Below, in pieces: positions 19,839 to 29,971 of a stretch of 64,000 nt of DNA. The DNA lies in NCBI GenBank assembly GCA_963796685.1, contig CAWCMR010000025.1, forward strand, positions 352,001 through 416,000, given 5' to 3'. This DNA is from an uncultured delta proteobacterium (GTDB lineage: Bacteria; Myxococcota_A; Polyangia; Fen-1088). Position numbers and translations under genes: made by a program. The notes beneath the pieces are model-generated. The model saw only the letters and a program-made list of their open reading frames with translations. It was not told the DNA's origin and did not search any database. Within the stretch, counting starts at the first letter, position 1. Each line of letters starts with the position of its first letter.

Positions 19839-20435
19839 ATGGACGAAGCGAGCACAATAGATAGCCTGGTCGAGCGCTCCCAGGCTGGCGACGCTGGGGC
19901 CCTGAACGCGTTGCTCTTGGCCATGCGGCCCCGGGCTCTGGCCGCGGCACTGAAAGTCCTGCACCATCGCGACGATGCCGAGGACGCCGTCCAAGATGCG
20001 TTCCTCAAGGTGTGGCGCTGCCTCGCCACCTTCGAGGGCCGCTCGTCCTTCTCGACGTGGATCCATCGCATCGTCACGAACTCCAGCTTGGATGTGCTGC
20101 GCAGGAACGTCGGCCGCTCGGAGACCGTCGAGCGTGCCGAAGGGCAAGAGGTCTCCCTGTCCGACCGCGAGCCCAGCCATGAGCAGACCCCCGAATCGCA
20201 ACTTTGCGGTTACGAGCTCCAGATGCTGGTGCGCACCGCGGTGGCCACGCTGCCGGCACCGCATCGCCAGGCTGTCGAGCTTCGTGAGTTCGACGACTGC
20301 TCGTATCAGGAGATGGCCGAGATCATCCAATGTCCCGTGGGAACGGTCATGTCCAGGCTCCATCACGCTCGGCAAAAGCTCGCCAACGAGCTGCGCGACC
20401 CGCGAGAAGATTGGCGCCACCGCTGCGCCGCCTGA
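19839..20435 (+). CDS. ECF RNA polymerase sigma factor
   Basis: DAEDAVQDAFLK, FSTWIHRIVTN and SYQEMAEIIQCPVGTVMSRLHHAR. No adjacent anti-sigma gene seen. Confidence 0.93.
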   Translation: MDEASTIDSLVERSQAGDAGALNALLLAMRPRALAAALKVLHHRDDAEDAVQDAFLKVWRCLATFEGRSSFSTWIHRIVTNSSLDVLRRNVGRSETVERAEGQEVSLSDREPSHEQTPESQLCGYELQMLVRTAVATLPAPHRQAVELREFDDCSYQEMAEIIQCPVGTVMSRLHHARQKLANELRDPREDWRHRCAA

Positions 20436-20509
20436 AGCGGCCGGTCAACATCTGCGAAAACAGACGTTAGCAGCCCAACCATCTCTGGGTACAATGGCGC
20501 TTCTTTGCC

Positions 20510-22744
20510 ATGCTGCCCGGAGTCGCCTTTCGCGCACGCCTCAACCGCCTCTTGCTCAACAAGCGGGTGGGGGGATTGGTTGCGCTCGCCATCGTCGCCG
20601 CGACCTACCCCGTCTCGTGCGGGGCGCTCGGCGGACGCCTGGTGACGTCCAAGCTGGCCGCCAAGCTCGGCGTACCGGTCGAGTACGGCAAGGCGCGGGC
20701 GGGCTGGGGGGCGCTGCACATTTCGGGCCTCGTGCTGGGACCCAAGGCCAGCCCTCTTCTCACCATCGCCAAGGCGGACATCTCGTTCGCCGTGGCCTGG
20801 GGCTCGGGCACGGTGGTTCTGGATTCGCTCCACGCCGACATCCGCCGCGGTGGCGCGGCTGACAACGCCAGCGTCCTTCTGGAGCGGCTGCGCAAGCCCT
20901 CCGTTCGCGGAGGCAGCAGCAAGCAAGCGTCGTATCCGGTGGTCGTCGTTCACCACGGCACGTTGAGCCTCCAGGACAGCAAATCCAACCTCTCGCTGAC
21001 GGTGGGAGCCTTCGACGCCACCTGGGAGCCGTCGCGCCGATTCTCGATTGCAGCGGTTACGGTGGGTGGAACGCTCGGCTCGCACGGCGGCGAGAACGCC
21101 CCGTCCTTCGCGGCGGAGTCCGTAACCATCGAAGGCCCCTTGGCCGGCATGCGCCCGCACGGGTTTCCGGAGATCTCGGTCAAGGAGGGGCAGGTCCGGC
21201 TGCTGCCCACCCTGCCCTTGACCGGTATCACCGGCAGCCTGCGGCCAACCCAAGCCGGCGAGGACGCGGTCGACGTCTTGTTCACCGGAAGCTACGCCGG
21301 TGCCAAGCGGTCGCTGTGGACCGCGACCGGCAAGGTGAAGCCCGCCGTGGACTGGTCGAACGTCGACGGACAGGTGGCCCTGCGCGCCGAGCGCTTCTCG
21401 CTCGACAAGATCGCGGATGTCTTGCCCGCGTCGATCCTCGAGCCCGAAAACACGGAGATCGATGCCGCCATCGAGGCGCGCTTTTCCGGGCGGCAGGTCG
21501 AGCTGTCGGGAAGGCTGGACGTCGACGGGCTGAGCGTGTCGCACGAGAGGCTGGCCAGCGAGCCGGTCGAGAACACGAGCTTCACCCTGCGTTTCGACGC
21601 CACCGTCGATCGCGACCGGCGGCGGCTGGATCTGGCGCAGCTCGAAGGCAAGATCGGCAGTCTGGTGGTTCGTCTGACGGGCTCCATCGAGCTCCCGGTG
21701 GGGACCTTCAAGTTCAAGGACGGGCGCGAGCTGAAGGTGGTTCCCAAGATCGAGCTTTCCTTGCGCGTGCCGCGTACGCCGTGCGCGAAGATCCTGTCCA
21801 GCATTCCCGCGCCGCTCGTGCCCAAGCTGCAGGGGTTCGTGCTGCAGGGCCTGTTCGAGGCCGATGTCCACGCCAAGATCGATTTCAGCAATCTCGACGC
21901 CCTCGACCTCGGCGGCAAGGTCGGCATCGACGGCTGCCAGGTGGTCAAGGCCCCCGACGAGGTGATGGCCCTGGCTGGGCCCGAGTCGATCTTGCAAACC
22001 GTCGAAGTGCCGCCGCCCCCGTCGGGCGGCAAGGACGACGAAACCCTGACCTTCGTCATCGGTCCCGACAACGTGGACTTCGTGCCCTACGACAAGATCT
22101 CGCCCTACCTCATCGCCGCCATCCTGACCACCGAGGATTCCGGCTTCTTCAAGCACCGCGGCTGGGTGTCGTCGCAATTCAAGACCGCGCTCCGGCGCAA
22201 CATCGCGGGCGGCGGCTTCCGCCTGGGCGCCTCGTCCATCACCATGCAGATGGTGAAAAACGTGATCCTCACGCGCGAGAAGACCCTGTCGCGCAAATTC
22301 CAGGAGTTGTTCCTGGTCTGGTTCGTCGAGCAGATCTTGACCAAGCAGCGCATCCTCGAGCTCTACTTCAACGCCATCGAATTCGGCCCACGCCTGTACG
22401 GCATCGGACCCGCGGCGCGACACTACTTCGGCAAGAGCGCGGCCGACCTGTCGCCCATGGAGGCGGCCTTCTTCTCGTCCATCCTGCCCAGTCCCAAACG
22501 ACGCTACGTGCAGTACTGCCACGGGTCGCTCTCCCCGCAGTGGGAACGCTATGTGCACAGAATCTTGAATAAGATGCACGAACGTGGCCGACTCAACGAC
22601 GAGGAATTCACCACGGCCCTCGCCTCGACGTTGGTGTTCGACAAATCCGAGATGACCATGACCGAGAAACAATGCCTGGACTGGGTTCGCAAGATCACGG
22701 CGAAACCCGAGCCCGAGCCCGAACCGGACACGGACGAGAAGTAG
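20510..22744 (+). CDS. Peptidoglycan transglycosylase (GT51) with long N-terminal beta-rich region
   Basis: TEDSGFFKHRG, GASSITMQMVKN, RKFQE and KQRILELYFN motifs; no transpeptidase domain. Confidence 0.88.
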   Translation: MLPGVAFRARLNRLLLNKRVGGLVALAIVAATYPVSCGALGGRLVTSKLAAKLGVPVEYGKARAGWGALHISGLVLGPKASPLLTIAKADISFAVAWGSGTVVLDSLHADIRRGGAADNASVLLERLRKPSVRGGSSKQASYPVVVVHHGTLSLQDSKSNLSLTVGAFDATWEPSRRFSIAAVTVGGTLGSHGGENAPSFAAESVTIEGPLAGMRPHGFPEISVKEGQVRLLPTLPLTGITGSLRPTQAGEDAVDVLFTGSYAGAKRSLWTATGKVKPAVDWSNVDGQVALRAERFSLDKIADVLPASILEPENTEIDAAIEARFSGRQVELSGRLDVDGLSVSHERLASEPVENTSFTLRFDATVDRDRRRLDLAQLEGKIGSLVVRLTGSIELPVGTFKFKDGRELKVVPKIELSLRVPRTPCAKILSSIPAPLVPKLQGFVLQGLFEADVHAKIDFSNLDALDLGGKVGIDGCQVVKAPDEVMALAGPESILQTVEVPPPPSGGKDDETLTFVIGPDNVDFVPYDKISPYLIAAILTTEDSGFFKHRGWVSSQFKTALRRNIAGGGFRLGASSITMQMVKNVILTREKTLSRKFQELFLVWFVEQILTKQRILELYFNAIEFGPRLYGIGPAARHYFGKSAADLSPMEAAFFSSILPSPKRRYVQYCHGSLSPQWERYVHRILNKMHERGRLNDEEFTTALASTLVFDKSEMTMTEKQCLDWVRKITAKPEPEPEPDTDEK

Positions 22745-22749
22745 CCGAC

Positions 22750-25131
22750 ATGGCCGAAAGGGACGACAGCGGGAGGCCAAGGCGCAAGAAAAAGAAGCCG
22801 GGCAAACGCACGTGGCTGCGGCGCCTGATCCTGGTGGGAATCATCTTGTTGGCGCCGGTGGTCGTGGGCGCGGGGACGCTGGTCGGCATCTTCTATTATT
22901 ACGGCGACGATCCGGCCATGCCCAGCCTGAGCGGCATCGGCGACTATCACCCGGAGCAGATCATCAAGGTGCTCGACCGCGATGGCACCCTCATCGGCGA
23001 GATCGGGTCTGTCCACCGCACCGTGGTGCCCTACGCGAAGATCCCCAAGATCATGATCCAGGCCCTGCTGGCCGCGGAGGACGCCGACTACTTCGAGCAC
23101 GAGGGCGTGGATTACAAAGGCATGGCGCGCGCCTTCGTCGAAAACATCCTTCGGCGCAAGTTCGCCCAGGGCGCCTCGACCATCACCCAGCAGGTGGTCA
23201 AGCAGCTCTTGCTCACCCCGGAGAAGAGCATGCGGCGCAAGGTGCAGGAGATCATCCTGGCGCGCCGGTTGTCGCAGCGCTTTTCCAAGGAAGACGTGCT
23301 GGCCATCTACCTCAACCAGATGTGTTTCGGCCACGGCCGCTATGGGGTGGAGGAGGCCGCGCGCTACTTCTTCGGCAAGTCCATCAGCGACGTCGACGTG
23401 GGCGAGGCGGCGCTGCTGGCCGGGCTGGTGCAGTCGCCCGAGCGACTCTCGCCGTACAAACATCCGGACGCGGCCAAGAAGCGTCAGATCTACGTCCTGG
23501 GGCAGATGGTCAAGCTCGAATACATCTATGATGACGTGGCCCAGAAGATCGCCGCCGCGCCCATCGCGGTGATCCCCGAGGGACAGGCGGTGCCCAGCGT
23601 GGCCCCCGAGGCCGTGGACACCGTTCGCAAGCTGCTCGAAGCCAAGTACGGCGCCGACAAGCTCTCGACCCTCGGCATCGAGGTCAAGACCACCATCGAT
23701 TCGCGCTTGCAGGCCATGGCCCGCTGGTCGCTGGAACGCGGCCTCGAGGAAGTGGACCAGCGCCACGGCTTCCGCGGTCCCATCGCCCACCTGTCGGGTA
23801 GAGCGCTGGACAGAAAGCGCGCCGAGCTGGTGGCCGAGCGCAAGAAGCCCTTGACCGAGAACGACAAGACCGACGGCATCGTCGAGAAGGTCGACAAGAG
23901 CCCCGACAATCCCAGGCAGGTCTCGCTGACGGTGTTCGTCGGCGACCGCAGCGGCGTCGTCGACATGACGGCGGAGCCCCGCTACAACCAGGGCACCAAG
24001 CCGCCGCTGGCCGAGCGCTTTCATCCCGGTGACCTCGTGCGCGTGCGCCTGGCCCCAGAGCGCAAGCACGACAGCAACGGCAACGTCGCCCTGGCCCTGG
24101 AGCTCGGCCCGCAGGCGGCCATGGTCGTGATGGATCCGCTGCGCCACGAGATCCTGGGCCTGGTGGGCGGCTACCGCTACCGGCTGGGCACCTTCGATCG
24201 CAGCCAACGCGCCCACCGCCAACCCGGCTCGGCCTTCAAGCCCTTCATCTACGCCGCCGCCATCGATTCCAAGCGCTACACCGCCGCCTCGATCGTCAAC
24301 GACAGCCCCGAGGTGTTCAAGCTGTGGAAGCCGCAGAACCACGACAAGGACAACTTCCGCGGTCCCATTCGCCTGCGCGTGGCCCTGGCCAATTCCATCA
24401 ACACCGTCGCCATCAAGCTGCTCTCGGACGTGGGCGTGGTGGCCGCGCGCGATATGGCCGCGCGGGCCGGGCTCGACTTGCCGCCGGTGGAGAAGCTCGA
24501 TTTGTCGCTCGCCCTCGGCACGGCCACGGTCACGCCCCTCGAGCTGAGCAACGCCTACGCCACCTTCGCGGACGCGGGTCAATCGGGCGACGCGCGCCTG
24601 ATCACCGCCTTCGGCAATGAGGCCGCCCCCGCGCCCGTGCTGCCGCAATCCATTCGCCCCGAGACCGCCTACGTCACGGTTTCGCTCATGCGCAGCGTGA
24701 TCGAGTCGGGAACCGCACGCAGCGCCGCCCCCAAGCTCAAGCGCCCGGCGGCCGGCAAGACCGGAACCACCGACGAAGAGCGCGACGCCTGGTTCGTCGG
24801 CTTCACCCCCGAGCTTCTCGCAGGGGTCTGGGTCGGCTTCGACGAGCGCCGCATGCTCGGCCGCGGCGAGGAAGGCGCCCACACCGCCTTGCCCATCTGG
24901 ACCGAATTCATGGTCAAGGCCCTGGCCGGCACCCCCGTGACCGACTTCCCCCAGCCCCCCGGTATCGTCGTCGCGCGCATCAATCCCACCACCGGCCTCT
25001 TGGCCGCCCCCGGCAGCGAAGGCCTCGACGAGGTCTTCCTCGACGGCACCGCCCCCACCGAAACCGCCGCCCCTCCCGGCGAGGAAGCGACGCCGGACCA
25101 GATGCTGATGGAGGGACACGGGGGGCCGTAG
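22750..25131 (+). CDS. mrcA: Class A penicillin-binding protein 1A
   Basis: GT51 motifs (AEDADYFEH, GASTITQQVVK, RKVQE) and transpeptidase SAFK, SIN and KTGT motifs. Confidence 0.93.
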   Translation: MAERDDSGRPRRKKKKPGKRTWLRRLILVGIILLAPVVVGAGTLVGIFYYYGDDPAMPSLSGIGDYHPEQIIKVLDRDGTLIGEIGSVHRTVVPYAKIPKIMIQALLAAEDADYFEHEGVDYKGMARAFVENILRRKFAQGASTITQQVVKQLLLTPEKSMRRKVQEIILARRLSQRFSKEDVLAIYLNQMCFGHGRYGVEEAARYFFGKSISDVDVGEAALLAGLVQSPERLSPYKHPDAAKKRQIYVLGQMVKLEYIYDDVAQKIAAAPIAVIPEGQAVPSVAPEAVDTVRKLLEAKYGADKLSTLGIEVKTTIDSRLQAMARWSLERGLEEVDQRHGFRGPIAHLSGRALDRKRAELVAERKKPLTENDKTDGIVEKVDKSPDNPRQVSLTVFVGDRSGVVDMTAEPRYNQGTKPPLAERFHPGDLVRVRLAPERKHDSNGNVALALELGPQAAMVVMDPLRHEILGLVGGYRYRLGTFDRSQRAHRQPGSAFKPFIYAAAIDSKRYTAASIVNDSPEVFKLWKPQNHDKDNFRGPIRLRVALANSINTVAIKLLSDVGVVAARDMAARAGLDLPPVEKLDLSLALGTATVTPLELSNAYATFADAGQSGDARLITAFGNEAAPAPVLPQSIRPETAYVTVSLMRSVIESGTARSAAPKLKRPAAGKTGTTDEERDAWFVGFTPELLAGVWVGFDERRMLGRGEEGAHTALPIWTEFMVKALAGTPVTDFPQPPGIVVARINPTTGLLAAPGSEGLDEVFLDGTAPTETAAPPGEEATPDQMLMEGHGGP

Positions 25132-25404
25132 AAGCAGCGACAGGTCGAGGGTCAGCCTCGCGGGGCGCCTTGCCGTCCGGATTCGGCCGTCGCGTTCGCT
25201 CCAGCCCTCCCCTTGTCGGAAAGATTGCGGCGTTCGCTGCCTTGTACGCATGTGTTGCTCTCTTGCTCCGGGTGGGGTACCGAGGTGTCGCCGAGCTACG
25301 TGGCCGGAGGCTTCTCTACCTTCTAAGAATCCTAGAGCGCATACGGCTTGATTTGCGGTTTGGCCGTGTTATTCAGGGACCTCTCGCGGAGCAGCGCAGC
25401 AGGT

Positions 25405-26019
25405 CTATGCGCCTACGGCGCCGGCAGGAAGCGCATTCGTCGCATCGTTCAGCCAGCTCCGAAGGCTCCTCGCGTCCTTTGGAATGGCCTGAAAGTTTGC
25501 GCTGCGAACGACCTCGACCATGGCGGGAGTATTCTTGGCCACAATGCCCTTCTCTTGCGCGGCTTTCTGCACGGCCGACTTGCCGCGGATCTCGGTGCCA
25601 CCTTCGCCCAGCAAGGCAAGAAGCCAGCCCTCCAGAGCCGGAACTGCTGCCGCTCCAACTATGGAAAGGGAGCGGGCATCCCCCAGGGCGACACGGATGG
25701 CGTCCGAGATCACGCGCGGTCGCGCTTTGTCGTCATCCGAATCTCGCGTGAAAGCCAGGATGCTCGCTCCCGCGCGGCGGGCTTCCAACGCTAAACCCCG
25801 TACGTTCTGTTGGTCGCTCGGACTTGGACCCCGGGCGCGTAGCTTTACGATGTTGCACCACTTGCACGCTCCTATGACGGTCCAGCCATCCGGCGGGACT
25901 CGCCTAAGCAGAGCTTCGATGACGCCTGGTGATTCGTCGCTCTGGTACACAGTTTCGCCACATCGGCTGCCGAGCTCGTTCTTTCCTTCTCCACCTAGGA
26001 AGAGCTTCAAGTCACTCAC
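25405..26019 (-). CDS. TOPRIM-like (DUF4276/RloB-like) partner of an ABC ATPase
   Basis: LFLGGEGKNE (EG motif) and FTRDSDD (DxD). The GTG start overlaps the ATPase stop. Confidence 0.55.
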   Translation of the reverse strand: MSDLKLFLGGEGKNELGSRCGETVYQSDESPGVIEALLRRVPPDGWTVIGACKWCNIVKLRARGPSPSDQQNVRGLALEARRAGASILAFTRDSDDDKARPRVISDAIRVALGDARSLSIVGAAAVPALEGWLLALLGEGGTEIRGKSAVQKAAQEKGIVAKNTPAMVEVVRSANFQAIPKDARSLRSWLNDATNALPAGAVGA

Positions 26020-26340
26020 GAACGCGGGCTCCCGTTCAGAAGCGGCGCTTCCATGCGGCCGTCGCAATAGCTGACCCAGAATTCGCCCGGCTGGTAGACC
26101 TTTGACGCTTCCTCGAAGCCAGGAACATCCTTGAGGAGCTTCGCGGCTGTACCCGTCTTCGGATCTCGAGTGACGATGCTGACCTCGTCGCCCTTGAGCT
26201 CGTTGACCACGAGTGGGCTGTGTGTGGCGATGATGACCTGACTGTTCTTGGAGATCTCGCGCAAAATCGTCATGACATCGCCGATGCGTGCCGGGTGCAA
26301 TCCGTTCTCTGGCTCTTCGACAAGAAACAGCTTGGATTCG
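26016..26340 (-). pseudogene. C-terminal remnant of an ABC/AAA_21-type ATPase
   Basis: LFLVEEPENGLHP (Walker B/D-loop) and QVIIATHSP (H-loop). The Walker A half is missing. Confidence 0.8.
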
Positions 26341-26425
26341 CCAAGATACGTCGAGAAACACATGTCGTGTGGCTCTCCGGCTGGGCACACGAACCGGCTG
26401 TCCGCCGCAAGAATCCCGTCGTGTA

Positions 26426-26547
26426 CCTACGTCACGGTCTCGCTCATGCGCAGCGTGATCGAATCGGGCACTGCACGCAACGCCGCCCCCAAGCTCAAGC
26501 GCCCAGCCGCCGGCAAGACCGGAACCACCGATGAAGAGCGCGACGCC
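26426..26547 (+). repeat. pbp1A fragment copy 1 (matches 24668-24789)
   Basis: 122-nt ungapped alignment encoding YVTVSLMRSVIESGTAR.AAPKLKRPAAGKTGTTDEERDA. Confidence 0.95.
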
Positions 26548-26613
26548 ACGGTTGATCGTCTAACCAAATGCATCCGGTAGCGGCGGGAACGCAGTTATGC
26601 TGTAGGTTGCTCT

Positions 26614-26970
26614 GTGGAGGTGCATGGCCCCTACCCTCGCGCGACCGGGAGCTTCATGTTGAAGCCCGCTTACTTCTCGACCGCCCACCCGTGGCTCCTG
26701 TTTTCCAAGGTGGATCCCGGCTGCCCCATCACGGTCAAGGGCATGAGCCGCGATGGTATCGTGGCCTTTCGTCTGCCCGAGGTACGGTTGCATGCCGATG
26801 TCAAGATCGGGCGGCGGAGCCTGCAGGCGCCCCTTCGCCTCGACACCGTTGAGCTAAAACCCGAGGAGCACCGGCTCTCGTGCGTGCTGCGCTCGGCCTT
26901 TCGCTACTACGTTCATCCGGGCGAGCACCGCCACGTCACCTTGAGCGATGCCAACGCGGGGAGTGGTTGA
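26614..26970 (+). pseudogene. DUF2169-like (T6SS accessory) C-terminal remnant
   Basis: YFSTAHPWL...ITVKGMSRDG...FRLP...LRLDTVELKPEEHRL..V.R resembles DUF2169 C-termini. It is followed by a short Pro-rich PAAR-leader-like fragment. Confidence 0.55.
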
Positions 26971-27305
26971 TGATTGTCTGGAGCATCAACAGCCTGAACT
27001 TCGTCCTCGGCCTGACGACACACAAATACCTTCCTCTGCCGGCGCCGACGCCCGTCATCGCCGGGGCAACAGACCCGTTACCCTGGACCTGCCAGGGGCA
27101 TCCCCACGGATCGTTCTACGCACGGCGCGCAGCGACGTCGCGCTGAATCCGCGGCCATTTCAAATAGACTGGGACATCGACCACAGTCGACTGACCATGG
27201 TCTGGGGCGCCGGAGTTCCCCTTGCCCACCCCTCGCTAAGCAGCCTGTCCGGACAGGAGTTGCTCGAATGCCGATCATCGCCACTTGATCATCGCCCCGC
27301 CCATG

Positions 27306-27571
27306 CCGGAACCACCGACGAGGAGCGCGACGCCTGGTTCGGCGGCTTCACACCCGAGCTGCTGGCCGGCGTCTGGGTCGGCTTCGACGAGCGCCGCATG
27401 CTCGGCCGCGGCGAGGAAGGAGCCCACACCGCCCTGCCCATCTGGACCGAATTCATGGTCAAGGCCCTGGCCGGCACTCCCGTCACCGACTTCACCCAGC
27501 CCCCCGGCATCGTGGTCGCGCGCATCGATCCCACCACCGGTCTTCTGGCCGCCCCGGCAGCGAAGGCCTCG
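27306..27571 (+). repeat. pbp1A fragment copy 2 (matches 24761-25027)
   Basis: ~266-nt alignment encoding GTTDEERDAWF.GFTPELLAGVWVGFDERRMLGRGEEGAHTALPIW..., with one 1-nt deletion. Confidence 0.95.
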
Positions 27572-27897
27572 TCCTGCACTGGCTGCACGGAGGCGCTACC
27601 AGCCTCAAGAACCTTGCCCTTGTGTGCACTCACCACCATCATTTGCTCCACGAGGGTGGCTGGTCCGTCGAGCGAACGTCGGACGGAGATTTGCTCTTCC
27701 GCGCGCCGGACGGACGAGAAATGCCAGCGGTACCTGCGAGCGAAGTCAGCGAAGATGCGCGCGTGTTCCTGAAAGAATGGGCCGAAGAGCGTGGGATGGA
27801 CATTGGGGCGGACACCAACATGCCGCTGTGGGATGGGACGCGGATGGACTACGACTGGGCAGTGGCGATGCTGACGTCGGAGTCTGGGTTACTATGA
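27572..27897 (+). pseudogene. HNH endonuclease (DUF222-type) C-terminal remnant
   Basis: HWLHGGATSLKNLALVCTHHHHLLHEGG (HNH) and the tail PLWDGTRMDYDWAV. Confidence 0.75.
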
Positions 27898-28033
27898 TGC
27901 TCGCAAGAAAGGCCCGCGCAGCCAGCGTCAACTACAGCAAGCGGTGCACTTAGGCGAACTCTCGTGAGACTGGGAAAAAATGACAAAGTACATCTACCGG
28001 TTTCGCTCAACACGTGCCGCCTTGGACCAGCAC

Positions 28034-28093
28034 GCGAGGAGCGGGCATCCCAGCGGCCCGCCGGACCGGCCATGCCGACGCTCGAGGTGACCC
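28034..28093 (+). repeat. 60-bp direct repeat (second copy at 30672-30731)
   Basis: GCGAGGAGCGGGCATCCCAGCGGCCCG...CTCGAGGTGACCC, with one mismatch between copies. Confidence 0.9.
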
Positions 28094-28396
28094 GCCTGTA
28101 TCGGTTACGCTCCATCAAGCGAGAGTGAGGACGGCCACTTACGCTTGCTCTCCGGAGCTGGGGAGGAGCCAGAAGAAAACAACAGGAAGCCACCGTGTAA
28201 CTCTGCAACTCGCCTCCTGGCAGGCGAGCACGCAAGCGATCCGGTGCTTGCCCGGCTCGTGGCCCTGCAAGCGTACTGGCGGCATGCCCACGACGACAAG
28301 GTGGTGTGCCGAGGGCTGCTCGACCTGTTGGAAGAGCAGTAGCCATGGCGTTTCTATGGTCGCAATCTGCGACTTCAAGTTACCATTGCCACATCC

Positions 28397-28930
28397 ATGC
28401 CTGACCAGCACGTCGTGCCCCTCGAACGGGTAGAGCGCTCAATCCTGATTTTGCGCGGTCACCGGGTCATCCTCGATTCGGACCTTGCCGCTCTCTACGG
28501 CGTGTCCGTGAAGCGGCTCAACGAGCAGGTCAAACGAAACATCGATCGGTTCCCCGACGATTTCGCGCTCACCCTGACCGAGGAAGAGCACGAAGCTTTA
28601 AGGTCGCAATTTGCGACCTTAAAGACCGGCCGAGGTGAGCACCGAAAGTACCTGCCCCGCGCCTTCACCGAGCACGGCGCGCTCATGGCCGCATCGGTGC
28701 TCAACTCGCCGAAGGCCGTGGAGATGAGCATCCTGGTCGTACGCGTCTTCGTGCGCCTCCGCCAGATCCTGGCCAGCAACCGCCAACTCGCCGCCAAGCT
28801 GAACGAGCTGGAGCAAAAGATCGCCGCCCACGACAAGAACATCGTGGCCCTGTTCCAAACCGTGCGCAACTTGATGGTCGTGCCGGAGAAGCCGAAGCGT
28901 AGGATCGGGTTCAACAGGGAAGGGGCGTAA
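28397..28930 (+). CDS. ORF6N-domain DNA-binding protein
   Basis: RGHRVILDSDLAALYGV..KRLNEQVKRNIDRFPDDF, YLPRAFTEHGALMAASVLNSPKA and a C-terminal RRIGF. Confidence 0.92.
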   Translation: MPDQHVVPLERVERSILILRGHRVILDSDLAALYGVSVKRLNEQVKRNIDRFPDDFALTLTEEEHEALRSQFATLKTGRGEHRKYLPRAFTEHGALMAASVLNSPKAVEMSILVVRVFVRLRQILASNRQLAAKLNELEQKIAAHDKNIVALFQTVRNLMVVPEKPKRRIGFNREGA

Positions 28931-29200
28931 CCGGCCGAGGGATAGGCAGCATTCGCATGGACTCGAATGAAAGGTTCCTCGTCGACGAATTGTGCCAGAG
29001 GATCACGTAGCAGATATTCCACGAGCGAGACATCCTGGCCCTGCGGATTCTTTTGAGGGGACACTCGGCCTGGAGACCCGACAATTCCAGCGGCTTCCAG
29101 TGACCCGAGCCCGCGTTTCTCGAGATCGGCCTGGCGCCGTTCCACGCGATCGCTTCCAGCCCAGGCCCTGGTAGCCAGGGATCATGGATAGGCAATCGGA

Positions 29201-29626
29201 TTGCCTTCTGCCCGCCTGGCACCCGAACACGATTCCGGGCTGACTTGTCACCTGCTGGGCATTCGCACCAAGGAGCAGCTGTATGCGCACCCGCTGCGCG
29301 GAGCCATCTTCGAATCGTGGATGGTTTCCGAAGTGGCGAAGGCGCGGCTTGGCGGCGGCCTGTCGCCGCGCACGTTTCACTACCGAGAATCCCGGGGCCC
29401 AGAGGTGGACCTGCTGGTACAAGGGGAGAAGAGCTGGATCTTGGCCGAGGCCAAGTCGGGCAGCACCGTGGATTCCTCATTCTTCGCGGGAATGGAGCGC
29501 TTCTCCACGCGCCTTCCCAAAGGCGCGTCCATCGTCCGCCGCCTGGTCTACGGCGGCAGCGAACCGCAACAGCGCCAAGGCGTGGCCGTCACCCCATCGG
29601 CGAAGATCCAGGACAGCCGCTGGTAA
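29201..29626 (+). pseudogene. DUF4143 C-terminal remnant of an AAA_14 ATPase
   Basis: DSGL...GAIFESWMVSE...HYRESRGPEVDLL...EAKSG. The ATPase domain is absent. Confidence 0.75.
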
Positions 29627-29644
29627 GCCTGCGATGGCCGGCTC

Positions 29645-29968
29645 CTAAGCCGCTGCCTTGCCTTTGCATGAGCCGGGCCAGATGGCTCGCAGAACCGTGC
29701 GTGGGAACTTTTCGATGACGGTCAGCAGAACCAACGCCGGACCGTCCGGGGTGCGGCGTCCTTGTTCCCAGTTGCGGACCGTTCCAAGGCTGACCCCGAA
29801 TGCGGCGGCGAACTGCTCTTGGGACAGTCCCAACTTTCCCCGCGTGGCGGCCACATCCACATCGCTGGCCCGCATCTTACGCACACGACCGCGGGCTTTG
29901 GCGCCCTTGCTGAACGCAATCGCGTCTTCGAGTCCTTCAGCGATAGCCTGGAATGCTTTTTTACTCAT
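29645..29968 (-). CDS. higA: HigA-type XRE HTH antitoxin
   Basis: LGLSQEQFAAAFGVSLGTVRNWEQGRRTPDGPALVLL, downstream of a RelE-like toxin. Confidence 0.88.
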   Translation of the reverse strand: MSKKAFQAIAEGLEDAIAFSKGAKARGRVRKMRASDVDVAATRGKLGLSQEQFAAAFGVSLGTVRNWEQGRRTPDGPALVLLTVIEKFPRTVLRAIWPGSCKGKAAA

Positions 29969-29971
29969 GGT

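Noticed and set aside
24668-27571. pbp1A copies as a diversity-generating retroelement TR/VR pair
   Set aside because: The differences are not adenine-specific, are mostly synonymous, and no reverse transcriptase is present.
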